Below are positions 59,438 to 64,000 of a DNA stretch of 64,000 nt, piece by piece; position 1 is the stretch's first letter; the number at the start of each line of letters is the position of its first letter. Below the pieces are notes generated by a model. The model saw only the letters and a list, made by a program, of their open reading frames with translations, made no database searches and had not been told where the DNA came from. Location: contig NW_003314314.1 of the NCBI RefSeq assembly GCF_000143415.4, forward strand, positions 70,318 to 134,317, read 5' to 3'. The position numbers and the translations under genes are program-made. Source of the DNA: Selaginella moellendorffii (Eukaryota > Plantae > Lycopodiophyta).

Positions 59438-62400
59438 TGTGAGACACAAAATCCCTAGGCCCCAAAGTGGAGCCAGAAGGGCGCCACATGGTAGTGGCCG
59501 AAACGAGAGCCAAACGAGCGTAACACGTTTGGACCAAAAGCTCCGACTTGAAAAGTCAAGAGCGGGAGTGGAACTCCCAACGAAGTGCTCGAGGAACGAG
59601 CACGAAGCGAGCAAAAGGCAAGGCTCCAAAAAGGGACCCAAAAGGACCAACACATGACACGTGGGAGTGTCCGAGATGGACTCGAGTTGGAGTCCGAAGT
59701 GGAGTCCGAGATGGACCCGAGTTGGAGTCCGAAGTGGAGTCCGAGATGGACCCGAGTTGGAGTCCGAAGTGGAGTCCGAGATGGACCCGAGATGGGGTCC
59801 GAGATGGAGTCCGAAGTGGAGTCCGAGGTGGACCCAAGATGGACCCGAGTTGGAGTCCGAGGTGGACCCAAGATGGACCCGAGATGGAGTCCGAGATGGA
59901 GTCCGAAGTGGAGTCCGAGGTGGACCCGAGATGGACCCGAGTTGGAGTCTGAAGTGGAGTCCGAGATGGACCCGAGATGGAGTCCGAGATGGAGTCCGAG
60001 ATGGAGTCCGAGGTGGACCCGAGATGGACCCGAAATGGAGTCCGAGATGGAGTCCGAGATGGACCCGAGATGGAGTCCGAGATGGAGTCCGAGATGGACC
60101 CGAGATGGACCCGAGATGGAGTCCGAGATGGAGTCCGAGATGGAGTCCGAGATGGAGTCCGAAGTCGAGACCGAGACCGGGACCGAGACCGGGACCGAGA
60201 CCGAGACCGAGACCGAGATCGGGACCGAGACCGAGACCGAGGCCGAGGCCGAGACCGAGCCCGAGTCCGAGTCCGAATCCGAGTCCGAGTCCGAGTCCGA
60301 GTCCGAGTCCGAGTCCGGAGCCTGAGAGGGTGAAAGCCCAAAGCGTTCGTCTCCCAGACCCTGGGGGGTTTGGTGAGCTCCAAAAGTATAGTAGGGGGAG
60401 GACTGCAGTGGAGCCAGTTTGGCCAGGAAAGGCCAGTTTGGCCCAGGAAGGCCGGACCCAGTGTTGGGTGATGAGCTGCCCACTGGGAAGTCCAAGACTA
60501 GAGTGAACACAGACCGACAAGTGGGGTAGCTTGGTGAAGTGTTCAAGAGCCGGCTCTAGTTCCCCCGGGAGATCGACTGGCCGATGCTCCCAGTCCAAGT
60601 GTGGGTGGCACTACCTACTTGGACACCTGTCGTGGCTCAACGGAACCTCGCTCTAAGCCCATGGCTAGAGCACCTAAAGGCGAAAGGCGAGGAGAGTACC
60701 CAGGTGGCTCGCGTAAGGCCACGGTGTTCCGAAATGTTGTCCCGAAGGCCCAGACTGTGGAAAGGAAGAGGAATAGTCCTCTGAGGTAGTGACCAAGGAC
60801 ACAGTCGTGTGGTGAGGAAGTCCCAGAGGACCGTGGGACTTAGTGGTCGGGCCTGTGGGTCTCAATCTAGTGGCAGTGTTGGCAAACACGGCCAGGGGCA
60901 GAAAGGGACTTAGTGGGAACTGACAGAGGGATATTGGGGAAGGCTATTCCCCTTGTCGGTGGGCATCCTAAGGATGCTAAGGAGTGGATCTGAGACGACC
61001 ACTCACGGATGGTTTGCCTAGTCTTGGAGAGCCAAGACGGTGATGCAAGTGGTAGTGGACTACCAGTGTGGCAAAGGTGATTGGGCATGGCCTTAGCGTA
61101 ACGAGCTGCTATGTCGGTGGTACCTTTGAGTGTCGGTCATGGGATCAGACACGTGGAGCACTTGGACCAAGTGCAAATGTTGAGTGGCATGGATGCCATT
61201 CTCGGGGCTAGCAAGTCCCAAGTCCTGGATTGGACTTATGGAGGTGGTGAATGAGACTCCTCCAAGTGGTCAGAGGTGTGGTTAAGTGACTAAAGTAGAA
61301 TGGAAAATTTAGTCGCTTACAACTTGGTATCGGAGCTGTTCCTTAGTCCGACTTTTATTGGTGCTCAAGTATATCACCACTAGTGTTGGCATCGGAAGGT
61401 CCGAGGAGTGGGCCTATCCTTGAGGAGTAGCAAGTCGGGAAGACATGGCTCTCCATTACAGTTCATATGTGAACTTGTAGACGAGGTGGTGGATAGAAAA
61501 GGGCCAATAATGGAACGACTTTGGGATCTTGGGAACAGTATATGGTTTTCCTCAAAGAGTTGAGGATGTGATCCAGATGAGCGTTTGACTTAGCAAACTG
61601 GCTAATGTAGTTGTGGTAAACAACTACAGTTGGGATCACGGGAAAGATAAAGACTCCAAAGCAATAAAGGAGTCACAAGATTTTCCTCATATAGTTGAGG
61701 TTAGTGCTCATGAATGTGAGACCAGAAGTAATGACCGTGGGAGGTCAAATACGGAAGAGGACTCAAGTCCTTGAAAAGGTAGCCGGGGCTCCCTCTAATA
61801 AATGCTGGAACAACCCCAGGAGTTGGGGGTGTATTAAGTGGATGAGTTGGTGTTCTCATCACATGGACAAGTAGTCCTAAGGGGCAAAGGTTGCCCCCAG
61901 AGAACAAAATCAAGTGTTAGAGTAACACTTGTGAAAATAGTCCTTTTGAGTAGGACAGGAATGCAAGAAGTGTATTCCAGTGAGCTAGTGCCTCACAAGT
62001 AGGACCTTACGGGTCTGTGGATTAACTAAGTCCAAAACTGCTGGATGACTCAAGTAGAGTCAACGGATGGTCCTAAAAGGACTGATGGAAGCATTTGGAC
62101 TGAGGTGTGTTGTACCCCACAAAGGATGGGGGGGGATCATAGGATCCAAGGATGAGAACAGAGGGTATCTCATCGATGGCAAAATGTGCCATGCTAAAGT
62201 TATGGGAAAGGTGTTCCCAGAAGAAAACAACTTTGATATAAAGTTGTGTGTGACCTCTATGGTGCAGTGCTAACGGATGGTTGGCATGAGAAAGAGCGGT
62301 GTTGGTCTTGGCAAAGACTTAGACACGAAGGGGAAATGTCACAGAGGTAGGCTCGTGGAGCCGATGGTGTGGAAACACCAAATGTGCCAAGGTGTGATAC

Positions 62401-64000
62401 CTTGAGGCTATGTTGGTGGGTTCATGAGAACCCCTTGCCAAAGGAATCCCAATGGAAATGGGAATAGCATAGCCTAAGCTGCAGAGCATGCAGTTGGAGT
62501 GTGGTGACCCAGATAATGATGGAGGTGTGAAAGCACCAAGCAATGAGTTGTAAGACTTGACAACTATGAGGCAACTAAGCAAGAGGTGCAAAATAACTGG
62601 TTAAACGGGTAGAAGGTAGCTACCCAAGACTTCTTAATAGCATAGGGAAGTTGGATATACCCTTACGGGGGATAAGTTGCTTGTGTTGCGATATAGTAAG
62701 TCAATGTCATAAAAGGAAATACTCATTGTCAAGAAAGCCATCATTGGGACACCCGAACACTCTAGAACATCAGAAGGTGGTGTTTGATGTCGCGAGGGCA
62801 ATGGATAAAGCCCAAGGGACTAAGTCCCTAGCGAATGATGGATAGAAGGTGCTATCCAAATGTCCAAGGTTGCGGAGACAAGAGAGGACTGTCTACCCGA
62901 GTTGGACAAAGCCAAAAATGGAATTTTGGCAAGGCTAGTGATGGGCATGTAAAGGCCCATAAGCAACAACGTAATCCCGGTGTGTGGGATTATAGGGTGA
63001 GCATACCTGGATTGAGGAACCACTCCCTAGGCTATTGGGTAGGTTCATCCCTAAGAATACTTGCTAAAGCATGATAGAAAGTGCAAAGCTATCCTCCTGG
63101 TCTGGAGGAAAATGACCAAAGGAAAGGTGTGAAGCCAAAAAGCAAGAAGTAAGGGGATAGAACCGAACCGTAGGAATCAAAGGGCATAACCAAGGTTGGT
63201 TATGCCAGCTGGGAGTGGAGAATCAAGTGGGGGCTCGAGGGTGTTGCCGCTAGCAACCGTGATGCCATGGAGAGTCTAAAATATGGAATTGTCCATGTTA
63301 GACTATGTGGCATTTGGAAGGCTTGCAAAAAGGGAGGCCTTAGCAAGCTGAGGGACAGAGTTCCTTCAAGGTTCCCAAAGACGATTCTAGGTAGCTTAGT
63401 ACCTAGAAAGGCCAAGTGTAAATGGTTCATGGAACGCGCGAAATCAGAGTGGCGCAGCAGAAGCGTGGTCTTGAAGCTTGCCATGAGGCAAGGCTATCAA
63501 GGTTAGGGAAGTAGTTCCTGAGTGTTCAAAGAGAGGGCTTTGAACGAAAGTCGATGGTCAAGGACTTTCACGTTTATGCAGGAACCATGTTACAATGGTC
63601 GGAGGACTTGCCAAGCGAGATTGGCACGTCAGGGGAACAAATACCCTAGTTGAAGGTGATAACTTCAAAAAGGGTGGGCCATGGGGCCGAGCATGGAGGA
63701 GTCCATGCATGATCACAGACATGTCAAGTGAGAGGACTTGGCAGTGTGGAGGAACTAGGTTCCTAAGCTGTGATCTGTAGCGCGCTTTAAAAATAAGTTG
63801 GTGCACCGGCGTGGGGAGTCACGCCAGGCATCTTGTGTGATGCCGTCCGTAGATGCATATACGGAGGTTGGGTTCGAGTCCCGACCCTCTAGTGCTTGGG
63901 TTCGAGTCCCAAATCACTAGGGCGTGGTGATGGTTTGGAATATGAGGACACTCATATTTCGGTGGTCATGGACTCTCAGTGGGGAGACTGGTTTGGGCAC
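59438..64000 (+). mobile_element. LTR family B, further copy (runs off window end)
   Basis: LTR 59438-61321 (TGTGAG...CTTACA); PBS TGGTATCGGAGC 61325-61336; internal region colinear with 41986-44660 but more diverged. Confidence 0.9.
59670..60320 (+). repeat. Hexamer-based VNTR (GAGTCC/GAGATG/GACCC/GAGACC) inside the family B LTR; also ~40700-40990, ~46370-46705 and inverted ~19840-20110
   Basis: Directly visible; array length differs between LTR copies. Confidence 0.9.

Noticed and set aside
59402-60598. Long overlapping ORFs with SD/RT/GL repeats (also 40413-41210, 46039-46998, 19836-20150), superficially like SD-repeat adhesins or SR proteins
   Set aside because: By-products of a stop-poor hexamer VNTR inside LTRs; open in several frames on both strands and variable between copies.

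Overview
Repeat-dense plant nuclear DNA, probably from a seedless plant; the ~50-bp introns and Tcn1/Sola-type elements suggest a lycophyte such as Selaginella, but this is inference only. The window holds two diverged copies of one segment (A: <1-16708; B: 24209-59325), and each copy supplies the empty target site for insertions in the other. Copy A carries a very young Cassandra TRIM with 5S-derived LTRs (1106-1701) and a Tcn1/Tf1-like chromovirus with an apparent self-priming PBS (9966-15546). Copy B carries a tandem non-coding LTR element (40466-~50193) and the most unusual object here, a 13.2-kb Sola1-type DNA transposon (26904-40080; 24-bp TIRs, AAAT TSD). Besides its transposase, this element carries a divergently oriented multi-exon cargo gene that reconstructs as a ParB-like + degenerate amino-methyltransferase-like + acidic + FCP1/HAD-phosphatase fusion. 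About 24 copies of a palindromic 24-mer (AATGGCRTGWGGCCWCAYGCCATT) are spread through the element, many filling its tiny introns. This suggests a transposon-encoded protein with its own binding-site array (parS-like or anti-silencing). The rest is nested non-autonomous and decayed Ty3/gypsy material, one truncated E/K/Q-rich gene and two N gaps.
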